Shown: one piece after another, positions 20,544 through 29,216 of the stretch | How the letters are laid out: each line of letters begins with the position of its first letter | How positions within the stretch are numbered: position 1 is the stretch's first letter | Origin: an uncultured Pseudomonadota bacterium | Lineage (GTDB): Bacteria; Myxococcota_A; Polyangia; Fen-1088 | Assembly: GCA_963847705.1 (NCBI GenBank) | Contig: CAWKBC010000010.1 | Span: forward strand, 64,001 to 128,000 | DNA: 64,000 nucleotides | Direction: 5' to 3' | The notes under the pieces: model-generated | Databases searched by the model: none | Told to the model about the DNA's origin: nothing | The model's input: only the letters and a program-made list of their open reading frames with translations | Made by a program: the position numbers and the translations under genes

Positions 20544-20882
20544 ATGAAAAAGATCGAAGCAATCATCAAACCGCATCGTCTGGATGAAGTGATGGGTCGG
20601 TTGCGGCAGGCGGGAGTTAGTGGGATGACGATCTCCGACGTCAAGGGATTCGGCCGCACCGGAGGGCGCCGCGAAGTCTACCGAGGCTCCGCCTATTTCG
20701 TCGACGTCGTTCCCAAGGTCCGGATAGAGATTCTCATCAAAGACGAGATGCTTCACGCCGTCGTGGCGTTGATCGCTCAGACGGCCCGAACGGGCACGAT
20801 CGGCGACGGCAAGATTCTCGTCTCCACCATTGACGACGCCATCCGGATCCGGACCGAGGAGCACGGCGAAGCCGCGATCTAA
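20544..20882 (+). CDS. glnB: P-II family nitrogen regulatory protein (divergent T-loop)
   Basis: [21 protein letters not shown] (Tyr51 equivalent), TGTIGDGKI and IRIRT. 112 aa. Confidence 0.9.
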   Translation: MKKIEAIIKPHRLDEVMGRLRQAGVSGMTISDVKGFGRTGGRREVYRGSAYFVDVVPKVRIEILIKDEMLHAVVALIAQTARTGTIGDGKILVSTIDDAIRIRTEEHGEAAI

Positions 20883-21042
20883 GCTCAGCGCAGCCCGGCC
20901 ATGAAATTGACAGGAGGTACGGCGAGATGTCACGCTGAGCTGGTCAGCGCGACGACGCAGCGGGCGAGGGCTGCGCGAGGGCGAGAGCGCCCGGTAAGAA
21001 CGCCGACGCCTGCCGAGGCTCTCGGTGGGCTTCAGCCCGACT

Positions 21043-21711
21043 TCAGGCCAGCGCGGCCAGGATGCGGGTCGAGTCCGAGACCCAGCCGAAGATCCCGCCC
21101 TGGGCCTTGATCATCTTCAGGCCCATCTCGTGGAACTCGGGGAAGTAGGAGCCGCAGCAGTCGCCGGCCACGATGCAGCGGTAGCCCCGATCGTTGGCCT
21201 CGCGCACTGTCGTGTGCACGCAGACCTCGGTGGTGACGCCGCCGACGATGAGGTTCTCGATCCCCTTGCTGAGCAGGATGGTCTGCAGATCGGTGGCGTA
21301 GAAGGCCCCCTTGCCCGGCTTGTCGATCACCGGCTCCCCTGGCTCGGGCGCCAGCTCGGGGATGATGTCGTGCCCCGCCTCACCGCGGATCAGGATGCGC
21401 CCCATGGCGCCCGGATCGCCGATCCGCATCGAGGGGGCGCCTCGCTCCACCTTGGCCGGATGCGCGTCGGCCATGTCCGGGCGATGCCCCTCGCGGGTGT
21501 GAACGATCAGCATCTTCGCCTTTCGCGCCGCGGCCAGCAGCGCCTTGGCCGGCTTGATCGCCTTGGTCAGCAACGACACGTCATTCCCCAGCGTCTCGCC
21601 GAAGCCGCCCGGCTCGAGGAAGTCGCGCTGCATGTCGATCATGACGATGGCGGTGCGCGCCGGATCGACGACGATCTCACCGGGCTCTGCCTTGATGGTC
21701 ACCTTGCTCAT
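21043..21711 (-). CDS. trtA: triuret hydrolase-like cysteine hydrolase
   Basis: IDMQRDFLEPGGFGETLGND, DKPGKGAF, GVTTEVCV, GSYFPEFH and QGGIFGWV. These give the TrtA-type residues F/L/N/E/Y/I at the positions where BiuH has Y/M/Y/D/T/V. Confidence 0.8.
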   Translation of the reverse strand: MSKVTIKAEPGEIVVDPARTAIVMIDMQRDFLEPGGFGETLGNDVSLLTKAIKPAKALLAAARKAKMLIVHTREGHRPDMADAHPAKVERGAPSMRIGDPGAMGRILIRGEAGHDIIPELAPEPGEPVIDKPGKGAFYATDLQTILLSKGIENLIVGGVTTEVCVHTTVREANDRGYRCIVAGDCCGSYFPEFHEMGLKMIKAQGGIFGWVSDSTRILAALA

Positions 21712-21741
21712 GGCCCGTCCTTTCGTTTCAGAATGATCGCC

Positions 21742-22443
21742 TCACACGGTCAGATGTTGGCGGACGAGGTCGTCGGTGAGATCGGCGATCTTCCCGCCGG
21801 CCACCACCTTGCCTCGGTCGAGGATCCGGAAGCTGCGCCCGATGCGGCGCGCGAAGGTCAGCTTCTGCTCGACCAGCAGCACGGTCACCCCCTCGTCGAC
21901 GAGGCGAATGATGACGTCGCCGATCTGGTGCACCACGTTGGGCTGGATCCCCTCCGTCGGCTCGTCGAGGATCAGCAGCTGGGGATCGATCGCCAGCGCC
22001 CGCCCCATGGCCAGCTGCTGCTGCTGACCGCCCGAGAGATCGCCACCGCGGCGTTTCAACATCTCCTTCAGCACCGGGAAGAGCGTCAGCACGCGCTCCG
22101 GAATGGCCCCGACGGCGCCGTTCCGGCCGCGTCCGATGCGCAGGTTCTCCTCGACGGTGAGCTGGGCGAAGATCTCGCGCCCCTGCGGGACATAGCCGAT
22201 CCCGGCGCGGGCGCGGGCCTCGGGCGGGGCGCCGTTCAGCTTGGTGTCGCCGAAGCGAATCTCGCCCGACACCGTGGGCAAGAGGCCCATGATCACCTTG
22301 AGGAGCGTCGTCTTGCCGACGCCGTTGCGCCCCATCAAGCAGACGCAGTCCCCCTTGGGGACCTCCAGGTCCACGTCCCACAGGGTGTGGCTGCCGCCGT
22401 AGAACTGATTGATCTTGGTCGCCGCCAGCATGTCAGTCGCCAA
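21742..22443 (-). CDS. urtE: urea ABC transporter ATP-binding subunit UrtE
   Basis: NQFYGGSHTL, GRNGVGKTT, LSGGQQQQLA and DEPTEGIQP. Start is TTG 22443 or ATG 22431. Confidence 0.9.
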   Translation of the reverse strand: MATDMLAATKINQFYGGSHTLWDVDLEVPKGDCVCLMGRNGVGKTTLLKVIMGLLPTVSGEIRFGDTKLNGAPPEARARAGIGYVPQGREIFAQLTVEENLRIGRGRNGAVGAIPERVLTLFPVLKEMLKRRGGDLSGGQQQQLAMGRALAIDPQLLILDEPTEGIQPNVVHQIGDVIIRLVDEGVTVLLVEQKLTFARRIGRSFRILDRGKVVAGGKIADLTDDLVRQHLTV

Positions 22444-23274
22444 TCATTCCCCGAGGTAGACCTCGATGACGCGCGGATCCTTCTGGATCTGCGCCATCGG
22501 TCCGTCGGCCAGCACCTTGCCCTGGTGGAGCACCGTCACCTTCTTGGCGATGCTGCGCACGAACTCCATGTCGTGCTCCACGACGACGACCGTGTGGTCA
22601 CCGGCCAGGCTGCGCAGGAGCTCAGCCGTCCGCTCGGTCTCGGCGTGGGTCATCCCGGCGATCGGCTCGTCGACGAGCAACACGCTGGGCGATTGCGCCA
22701 GCAGCATCCCGATCTCCAGCCACTGCTTCTGCCCGTGCGCGAGGAGGCCGGCCTGGCGCTTGGCCTGGTCCTTGAGACCGATCAGCTCCAGGATCTCGTC
22801 GATGCGCGTCCGTTCGGCGGCGGTCAGGCGCGCGAACAGCGCGTGGAAGACCCCCTTGTTGCCCTTGAGCGCCAGCTCGCAGTTCTCGTAGACCGAGTGG
22901 CCCTGGAAGACGGTCGGCCGCTGGAACTTGCGGCCGATGCCGAGCTGCGCGATCCGGACCTCGGAGAGCCTGGTCAGGTTGTTGAGTCGGCTGCCGAGAT
23001 AGACGGCGCCGCTGTCGGGTCGGGTCTTCCCGGTGATGCAGTCCATGAGCGTCGTCTTGCCGGCGCCGTTGGGACCGATGAGGCAACGCAGCTCGCCCTT
23101 CTCCAGGGTGAGCGTCACGTCCGTGAGCGCCTTGAAACCATCGAAGCTGACCGACAGGTTCTCCACCCAGAGCGCCAGCGTCGGCTTCGCCCCCTCGGGG
23201 ATGGGGAGGTTGGAGATCGGCGTCGGACGATCGTCTTGTGGTTCTTCCATGGGAATCACGGGCAACGCGCTCAT
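22444..23274 (-). CDS. urtD: urea ABC transporter ATP-binding subunit UrtD
   Basis: VSFDGFKAL, GPNGAGKTT, GRKFQRPTVF and HGQKQWLEIGM. ATGA overlap with urtC. Confidence 0.92.
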   Translation of the reverse strand: MSALPVIPMEEPQDDRPTPISNLPIPEGAKPTLALWVENLSVSFDGFKALTDVTLTLEKGELRCLIGPNGAGKTTLMDCITGKTRPDSGAVYLGSRLNNLTRLSEVRIAQLGIGRKFQRPTVFQGHSVYENCELALKGNKGVFHALFARLTAAERTRIDEILELIGLKDQAKRQAGLLAHGQKQWLEIGMLLAQSPSVLLVDEPIAGMTHAETERTAELLRSLAGDHTVVVVEHDMEFVRSIAKKVTVLHQGKVLADGPMAQIQKDPRVIEVYLGE

Positions 23275-24425
23275 GTCGGCGGCGGGGCTGGTTGGCCGAC
23301 CGCCGCGGCGGCCGAGACCTCGGGGGACGCCGCCGTCGGGGCGGGCGCCGTCGTCCTGGCATTGGCGCGCGCCACCAGCTTGGCCTTGATGCGCGCGCTC
23401 AGCCCCACCAGGCCGTCGGGCAGGAAGAGCGTCACCGCCACGAACAGCGCACCCAGCACGTAGAGCCAGGCCGAGGGGAGCGCCGCGGTCAGCCAGCTCT
23501 TGCCGCCGTTGACCAGCCAGGCGCCCAGGACCGCACCGAACAGCGTGGCGCGACCGCCCACCGCCACCCAGATCGCCATCTCGATCGAGTTCGACGGCTG
23601 CATCTCGCTCGGGTTGATGATCCCGACCTGCGGCACGTAGAGCGCGCCCGCCAGCGCGCAGAGCATCGCAGACAGCGTCCAGATGAAGAGCTTGTAGTTG
23701 GTCGACTCGTAGCCGCAAAACCGGCTCTTGAGCTCGGCGTCGCGTACCGCCGTCACCACCCGGCCGAGCCGGCTCGTGACGATGAAGCGGCAGAGGAGAT
23801 AAGTCCCGAAGAGCGCGATCGCCGAGGCGAGGTAGAGCGCCTTGCGCGTACCGGGATCGTGCAGCGAGGCGCCCAGGATCCGCTTGAAGTCGGTGAGACC
23901 ATTGTTGCCGCCGAAGCCGGCCGCGTTCTGGAAGAAGAAGAGGGTCGCCGCGTAGGTGAGCGCCTGGGTGACGATCGAGAGGTAGACGCCGCGGATGCGC
24001 GACCGGAACATGAACCACCCGAACACCAGCGCCAGAATTCCCGGGGCGGCCAGGCACATCACCGCCGCGAAGGGAAAGCTCTGAAAGCCGTGCCAGTACC
24101 AGGGGAGCGTCTTCCAGTCGAGGAAGACCATGAAGTCGGGCAGCTCACTGCGGTAGACGCCCTCGCCGGCGATCGACCGCATGAGGTACATCCCCATGCC
24201 GTAGCCGCCCATCGCGAAGAACAGCGCGTGGCCGAGGCTGAGGATCCCGGCGTAACCCCAGACCAGGTCCATCGCCAGCGCGGCGATGCCGAAGCAGAGG
24301 AACTTGCCCAGGAGCGGCACCAGGTAGACGGGCGCCACCAGCGGCACCACCACCACGATGAGCAGCGCGGCGACGCCCAGGAACATCCAGGCGCGGGGCG
24401 ATTGCATTTCCCGCAGGCGCTCCAA
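23271..24425 (-). CDS. urtC: urea ABC transporter permease UrtC
   Basis: DLVWGYAGILSLGH, LPDFMVFLDW, GGNNGLTDFK and PQVGIINPS. Start is TTG 24425 or ATG 24407. Confidence 0.92.
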   Translation of the reverse strand: MERLREMQSPRAWMFLGVAALLIVVVVPLVAPVYLVPLLGKFLCFGIAALAMDLVWGYAGILSLGHALFFAMGGYGMGMYLMRSIAGEGVYRSELPDFMVFLDWKTLPWYWHGFQSFPFAAVMCLAAPGILALVFGWFMFRSRIRGVYLSIVTQALTYAATLFFFQNAAGFGGNNGLTDFKRILGASLHDPGTRKALYLASAIALFGTYLLCRFIVTSRLGRVVTAVRDAELKSRFCGYESTNYKLFIWTLSAMLCALAGALYVPQVGIINPSEMQPSNSIEMAIWVAVGGRATLFGAVLGAWLVNGGKSWLTAALPSAWLYVLGALFVAVTLFLPDGLVGLSARIKAKLVARANARTTAPAPTAASPEVSAAAAVGQPAPPPT

Positions 24426-24427
24426 GC

Positions 24428-26080
24428 TCAGGCCTCCACTCGTCCTTTGATGGCGAAGAGGCCCTGCGGCCGTCGCTGAATGAAGAGGATGATGAACACC
24501 AGCACGACGATCTTGCCGGCCACCGCGCCGGCCATCGGCTCGAGCAGCTTGTTGACGACGCCCAGGCCCAGCGCCGCCGCCACCGCGCCGGCCAGACGCC
24601 CGACGCCGCCGAGGACGACGACCATGAACGAGTCGATGATGTAGCTCTGCCCCAGCTCGGGCCCGACGTTGCCGAGCTGCGAGAGCGCCACGCCGCCCAG
24701 GCCGGCAATCCCGGAGCCGAGGCCAAACACCAGCGCGTCGACCCGCTTGGTCGGGATGCCGATGCTGGCCGCCATGGCGCGATTTTGCGTGACCGCCCGG
24801 ACCTCCAGGCCGAACCGGCTGCGCTGCAGGACCCACCAGACCGCCGCCGACACGACGATCACGAAGCCGACCACCGCGATGCGCGTCCAGGGGAGCACCA
24901 GCCCGTGCGCGATCTCGAATCCGCCCGACAGCCAGTCGGGGTTGGCAACCGAGACATTCTGCGCCCCGAAGATCGTGCGGACCAGCTGGATGAGGCCGAG
25001 GCTGATCCCCCAGGTGGCGAGCAACGTCTCGAGGGGTCGTTTGTAGAGGTGCCGGATGATCGTCCGCTCCAGGATGACGCCCACCAGCCCGGTCGCCAGG
25101 AAGGCCACCGGGATTGCCACGAAGAGGTAGTACTGCGACCCGTGCATGATCGTCTGCACGGTGTAGGTCGCGTAGGCGCCGAGCATCAACATCTCGCCGT
25201 GCGCCATGTTGATGACGCCCAGGAGGCCGAAGGTGATGGCCAGGCCAAGCGCCGCGAACAGCAGCACGCTGGCCAGCGACAGGCCGTGGACCAGATCGCC
25301 CACGAACCCGATCATGCGCTGATTGCTGATGATGCCGTCGCGGGCGTGCGCCGCGGCAGCGCGAACACGCGCGTCGGGCTCGCGCGGCTGGCCGTTGTCA
25401 CCGGGAGACAGCATCTGTTGCAGCGTCGAAAGGAAGTCGTCGTCGCCGCTCTTGCGGATCACCTCCAGAGCCCCCAGCCGAACGTTCGGGTCGGGGCTCG
25501 CCAGGTCGACACGGGCGATCGCCAGCATCAGCGCATCCCGGACTTTGCCGTCCTTCTCCCGTGTCAGCGCCCGGTGGAGCAGCGCCGGCGCCTGCGCGTC
25601 GCCCCCGTTCGAGAGCTCCTTGGCCGCCGCCAGCCGAACCGCGGTATCAGGCGATCCGAGCTTGAGCTGCGCCATGACCGGGTCGATCACCCGCCGGACC
25701 TCGTTGCTGACCTCGACCTCCTTCAGGGGTCGTGGCTCCGGCGTGACGACCTGACCGGTGACCGCGTTGCGGAGGTCGCGGGTCTTCGAATCCCAAACAT
25801 AGGCGTGACCGTCTGTCCCCAGCCGCAGGCGTTCATCCCCGAGCGCGTCCAGCGCCGGGATCGCCCGCGGATCGTCGAGCACTCCCAGCTTGGTGACGCT
25901 CTCCGAGATCTTGTCGTCCGTGGAGGACGCCAGCCCGTCGATTGCCGCCTGCAGAGCCCCATCCCCCGCGTTTTCAAGGGGGCCGGCGTGAGCAGTCGAC
26001 CAGGCGGCGGCACCCGTGACTGCGACGATCACGGAGGTTAGCAACAACCGTCGTCCCGGTCTGAACGCGGAGGCTCTCAT
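24428..26080 (-). CDS. urtB: urea ABC transporter permease UrtB with N-terminal periplasmic HEAT-like domain
   Basis: LGLAITFGLLGVINMAHGE, RPLETLLATWG and IIDSFMVVVLGG. GGAGG RBS before ATG 26080. Confidence 0.92.
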   Translation of the reverse strand: MRASAFRPGRRLLLTSVIVAVTGAAAWSTAHAGPLENAGDGALQAAIDGLASSTDDKISESVTKLGVLDDPRAIPALDALGDERLRLGTDGHAYVWDSKTRDLRNAVTGQVVTPEPRPLKEVEVSNEVRRVIDPVMAQLKLGSPDTAVRLAAAKELSNGGDAQAPALLHRALTREKDGKVRDALMLAIARVDLASPDPNVRLGALEVIRKSGDDDFLSTLQQMLSPGDNGQPREPDARVRAAAAHARDGIISNQRMIGFVGDLVHGLSLASVLLFAALGLAITFGLLGVINMAHGEMLMLGAYATYTVQTIMHGSQYYLFVAIPVAFLATGLVGVILERTIIRHLYKRPLETLLATWGISLGLIQLVRTIFGAQNVSVANPDWLSGGFEIAHGLVLPWTRIAVVGFVIVVSAAVWWVLQRSRFGLEVRAVTQNRAMAASIGIPTKRVDALVFGLGSGIAGLGGVALSQLGNVGPELGQSYIIDSFMVVVLGGVGRLAGAVAAALGLGVVNKLLEPMAGAVAGKIVVLVFIILFIQRRPQGLFAIKGRVEA

Positions 26081-26175
26081 TGAGCCTCCGCGCCCCCCCA
26101 CGAAATTATCGCGAGACTCTTCGCGGATCATGCCCACGCCGGCCCTTCTTCGTCCCTCTTGATCCGCGTGATCCG

Positions 26176-27558
26176 TCACTTGGCTGCTGTGACCGCCCCG
26201 CCCGCGCTGAACTTCGGTGCCGTGCAGTTGCCGCAAGCCCAGGGATAGAGCCAATCGGCCTTCTTGCCCTTGTCGTCGGGGATGTACGGGCTCCAGGCCT
26301 CGGCCTTGATCGGCCCATCGGTCTTCCAGACCACGTGGAACTGGCCGTCGGCCTTGACCTCGCCGATGTAGACCGGCTTGTGCAGGTGGTGGTTCTCGGC
26401 GTCCATCGTGATGTCGAACCCGTCGGGCCCGGCGAAGTGCTGGTACCCGACCGCCTGGCGAACGGCGTCGACGTTGACGGAGTGGGCCTGCTCGGCCGCC
26501 TGCGCCCACATGTGAATGCCGATGTAGGTGGCCTCCATCGGATCGTTGGTGACCCGCTTGTCGCCGCCCGGCAGGTTGTTCTTCTTCACGTAAGCCATCC
26601 ACTTGTCGATGAAGGCCTTGTTGACCGGGTTGTCGATCGACTCGAAGTAGTTCCAGGCGGCCAGCTGTCCGACCAGCGGCTTGGTGTCGATGCCGCGGAG
26701 CTCCTCTTCACCGACGGAGAAGGCCACCACCGGGATGTCGGTCGCCTTGATCCCCTGGTTCCCCAGCTCTTTGTAGAACGGAACGTTGGAGTCGCCGTTG
26801 ATGGTCGAGACCACCGCGGTGCGCTTGCCGGTGGCGAACTTCTTGATGTCCGCGACGATGGTCTGGTAGTCGCTGTGACCGAACGGGGTGTACTTCTCCA
26901 TGATGTCGTCGTCGGCCACACCCTTCGAGTGCAGGAAGTAGCGCAGGATCTTGTTGGTCGTGCGCGGGTAGACGTAGTCGGTGCCGAGCAACACCCAGCG
27001 CTTGGCGCCTCCGCCCTTCTTGCCCATCAGGTACTCGACGGCCGGGATCGCCTGCTGGTTGGGCGCCGCGCCCGTGTAGAAGACGTTCCAGGACGACTCT
27101 TCACCCTCGTACTGCACCGGGTAGAAGAGCAGGCCGTTGAGCTCCTCGAAGACCGGCAACACCGACTTGCGCGAGACCGAGGTCCAGCAGCCGAAGGTCA
27201 CGGCGACCTTCTGGTTCTGGATGAGATCGCGCGCCTTCTCGGCGAAGAGCGGCCAGTTGGAGGCCGGATCGACCACCACCGGCTCGAGCTTGCGCCCGAG
27301 CACGCCACCCGCCTCGTTGATCTCCTCGATGGTCATCAGCGCGACGTCCTTGAGCGACGTCTCGCTGATCGCCATCGTCCCCGACAGCGAGTGAAGGATG
27401 CCGATCTTGATCGGACCCTTGTCGTCGGCGGGCGCGGCCGGTGCGGCCGGTGCCGCCGGCGCCGCGCCGGGCGCAGGAGCGGGCGGCGGGGTGCTGCAGC
27501 CCATCGCGCTCGCGAGCGACAGGACGGCAATGAACGAGCCGGTTAATGATTTGCGCAT
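26176..27558 (-). CDS. urtA: urea ABC transporter substrate-binding lipoprotein UrtA
   Basis: IKIGILHSLSGTMAISE, DPASNWPLFAEKA, FGCWTSVSRKSVLP and YPVQYEGEE. Lipobox AMGC. Confidence 0.93.
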   Translation of the reverse strand: MRKSLTGSFIAVLSLASAMGCSTPPPAPAPGAAPAAPAAPAAPADDKGPIKIGILHSLSGTMAISETSLKDVALMTIEEINEAGGVLGRKLEPVVVDPASNWPLFAEKARDLIQNQKVAVTFGCWTSVSRKSVLPVFEELNGLLFYPVQYEGEESSWNVFYTGAAPNQQAIPAVEYLMGKKGGGAKRWVLLGTDYVYPRTTNKILRYFLHSKGVADDDIMEKYTPFGHSDYQTIVADIKKFATGKRTAVVSTINGDSNVPFYKELGNQGIKATDIPVVAFSVGEEELRGIDTKPLVGQLAAWNYFESIDNPVNKAFIDKWMAYVKKNNLPGGDKRVTNDPMEATYIGIHMWAQAAEQAHSVNVDAVRQAVGYQHFAGPDGFDITMDAENHHLHKPVYIGEVKADGQFHVVWKTDGPIKAEAWSPYIPDDKGKKADWLYPWACGNCTAPKFSAGGAVTAAK

Positions 27559-27635
27559 GATCGATCTCTCTCCTTCAGGTGTTTGTCTTGGAAACAGTGA
27601 ATCTTTGGCGATTGCCAATTTCCGGCACGTAAACA

Positions 27636-28961
27636 TTAGAAGAAGATTGCCTGCGCCCCGAGCTGGATTGCGTTGGCGGTCGTGTCCGTGGCGAGATACG
27701 TGTGGCTGTAGGTGGCGACGACCCGCAGCGCAGGGCCCTTGATCAGGTACGACAGCCCCACATCCAGGTTCCAGGGGCTCGTCCCGGTGCCGTCCTTGAT
27801 CTTCTCCCACTGGTAGCGAACCATCGGCTGGATGTTGCCGACGCCGACGACCGGGCTGGCGAAGGCCGCCAGCAGGTAGAACGAGTCGGTGACCGAGCCG
27901 GAGGTGACGCTGTCGTAGTAGTAAGCGCCCTCCGCCGTGAACCAGCTCCCGCCGCCGAGCTTCTTCTCCAGGAGTGCGTCGACGTTGAACTCGCCGTAGG
28001 TCTTGCTGCCGGCCGGTTGCCCTTGGGTTCCCTGGGCCTGCCCGCCCACGTCGATCGAGAGGATGTTCTTGTCGCCGAAGTAGCTGCCGTTGCCCCAGAA
28101 CCCGGGCTCCGGGTCGAGGAGCGCCAGCCGCAATTTGCCCGAGAAGAGCGGGCTCGTTCCGACGGCGGCGTTGTCGAACACACCGGCGAAGTAGCTGAAC
28201 AGACCGCCCTTGATGTCGCCCCAGATGACGCCGCCGTTGTTACGACCAGAGGGCCCCTCGCGCGGCGCGCCGATGACCGTCGTGCTGCCCACCGACAGGA
28301 AGCCCGGGTAGTTCCAGGGGATCATGAAGAATGGGCCGGAGGCATTCGCCCGGTCGACGGGAACCAGCAGGTGGCCGGCCCACAGGTGGAATTCGTCGAC
28401 GAAATCGAAGGAGATGATGGCGTCCTCCACCGCGACGAAGCTCCCGACCGCATTCTGCGCGTCTGACCCGGTGGCGACCGACGCCCCGGCGTTGCCGAAG
28501 TTCGTCATGTTGGCATTCAAATTCAAGGTCACCCCGATGTTCTTGGTGATCTTGCCGCCGGCGTGGAGCTCCACGTAGGCGTTGTCCATGTGCCAGTCGT
28601 TGATCTTGTTCGGGGGATTCCCCTGGAAGATGCTGCTGGCGCGGAGCCAGGCACCGACGTCGATCGGCGGGAGCACGTCGGGACGGGTGGCAGGCATCGC
28701 GTCCGTCGAGGTCGGCGGCTTCGCCTCGGTTGCTACGGCCGCGGGCGGCGTGGCCGGCGGCGGCGGCATGACCACCACCGCGGGCGGCGGTGGCGCCGCC
28801 GGAGCGGCCGGCGGAGCGGCGGGGGCGGGCGGCGGCGGGGCGTCCGCCGCCTGAGCGCGGGCCACACCCGCTGCACCCGTCAGGAGGATTGCAAGCGTAG
28901 TTCCCCAAACCTTGGCTGGTGCCAACCGTCGTCGCTCTTCCATATTCTTCTTGGTTCCCAT
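27636..28961 (-). CDS. outer-membrane porin, probable urea/short-chain amide porin (FmdC-like)
   Basis: Signal peptide (VARA-Q), Pro-rich linker, beta-strand pattern and C-terminal QLGAQAIFF. First gene ahead of urtABCDE. Start is 28961 or 28943. Confidence 0.7.
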   Translation of the reverse strand: MGTKKNMEERRRLAPAKVWGTTLAILLTGAAGVARAQAADAPPPPAPAAPPAAPAAPPPPAVVVMPPPPATPPAAVATEAKPPTSTDAMPATRPDVLPPIDVGAWLRASSIFQGNPPNKINDWHMDNAYVELHAGGKITKNIGVTLNLNANMTNFGNAGASVATGSDAQNAVGSFVAVEDAIISFDFVDEFHLWAGHLLVPVDRANASGPFFMIPWNYPGFLSVGSTTVIGAPREGPSGRNNGGVIWGDIKGGLFSYFAGVFDNAAVGTSPLFSGKLRLALLDPEPGFWGNGSYFGDKNILSIDVGGQAQGTQGQPAGSKTYGEFNVDALLEKKLGGGSWFTAEGAYYYDSVTSGSVTDSFYLLAAFASPVVGVGNIQPMVRYQWEKIKDGTGTSPWNLDVGLSYLIKGPALRVVATYSHTYLATDTTANAIQLGAQAIFF

Positions 28962-29216
28962 CGCGTGATCGCAGCTGTGGCGCTGACGCCGCCCGGACCC
29001 CTTCCGGGCGAACATCTCGGGTCAGCCCGGGCGATCACGCTCAGGACCGGCCGACCTCGATTCGAATTTCCTCGATCCGACTTCAAGGCCGACCATATCG
29101 AACGGGTGTTAATGGCTGATTTCGTCGGAACCAGACTTTCGTAACATCGACGTCACAGCGCCTTCCCGGCCGGCAATTGCGTGCACAGATGTGTCATTTC
29201 CTCGAGTATTTCTCGA

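Noticed and set aside
21025-23463. Long antisense or alternative-frame ORFs (also 280..1803, 16760..18556, 30414..32627, 52066..54867 and others)
   Set aside because: These are Arg/Gly/Pro/Ala-rich shadow frames of well-supported genes, as expected from high GC3 codon bias.
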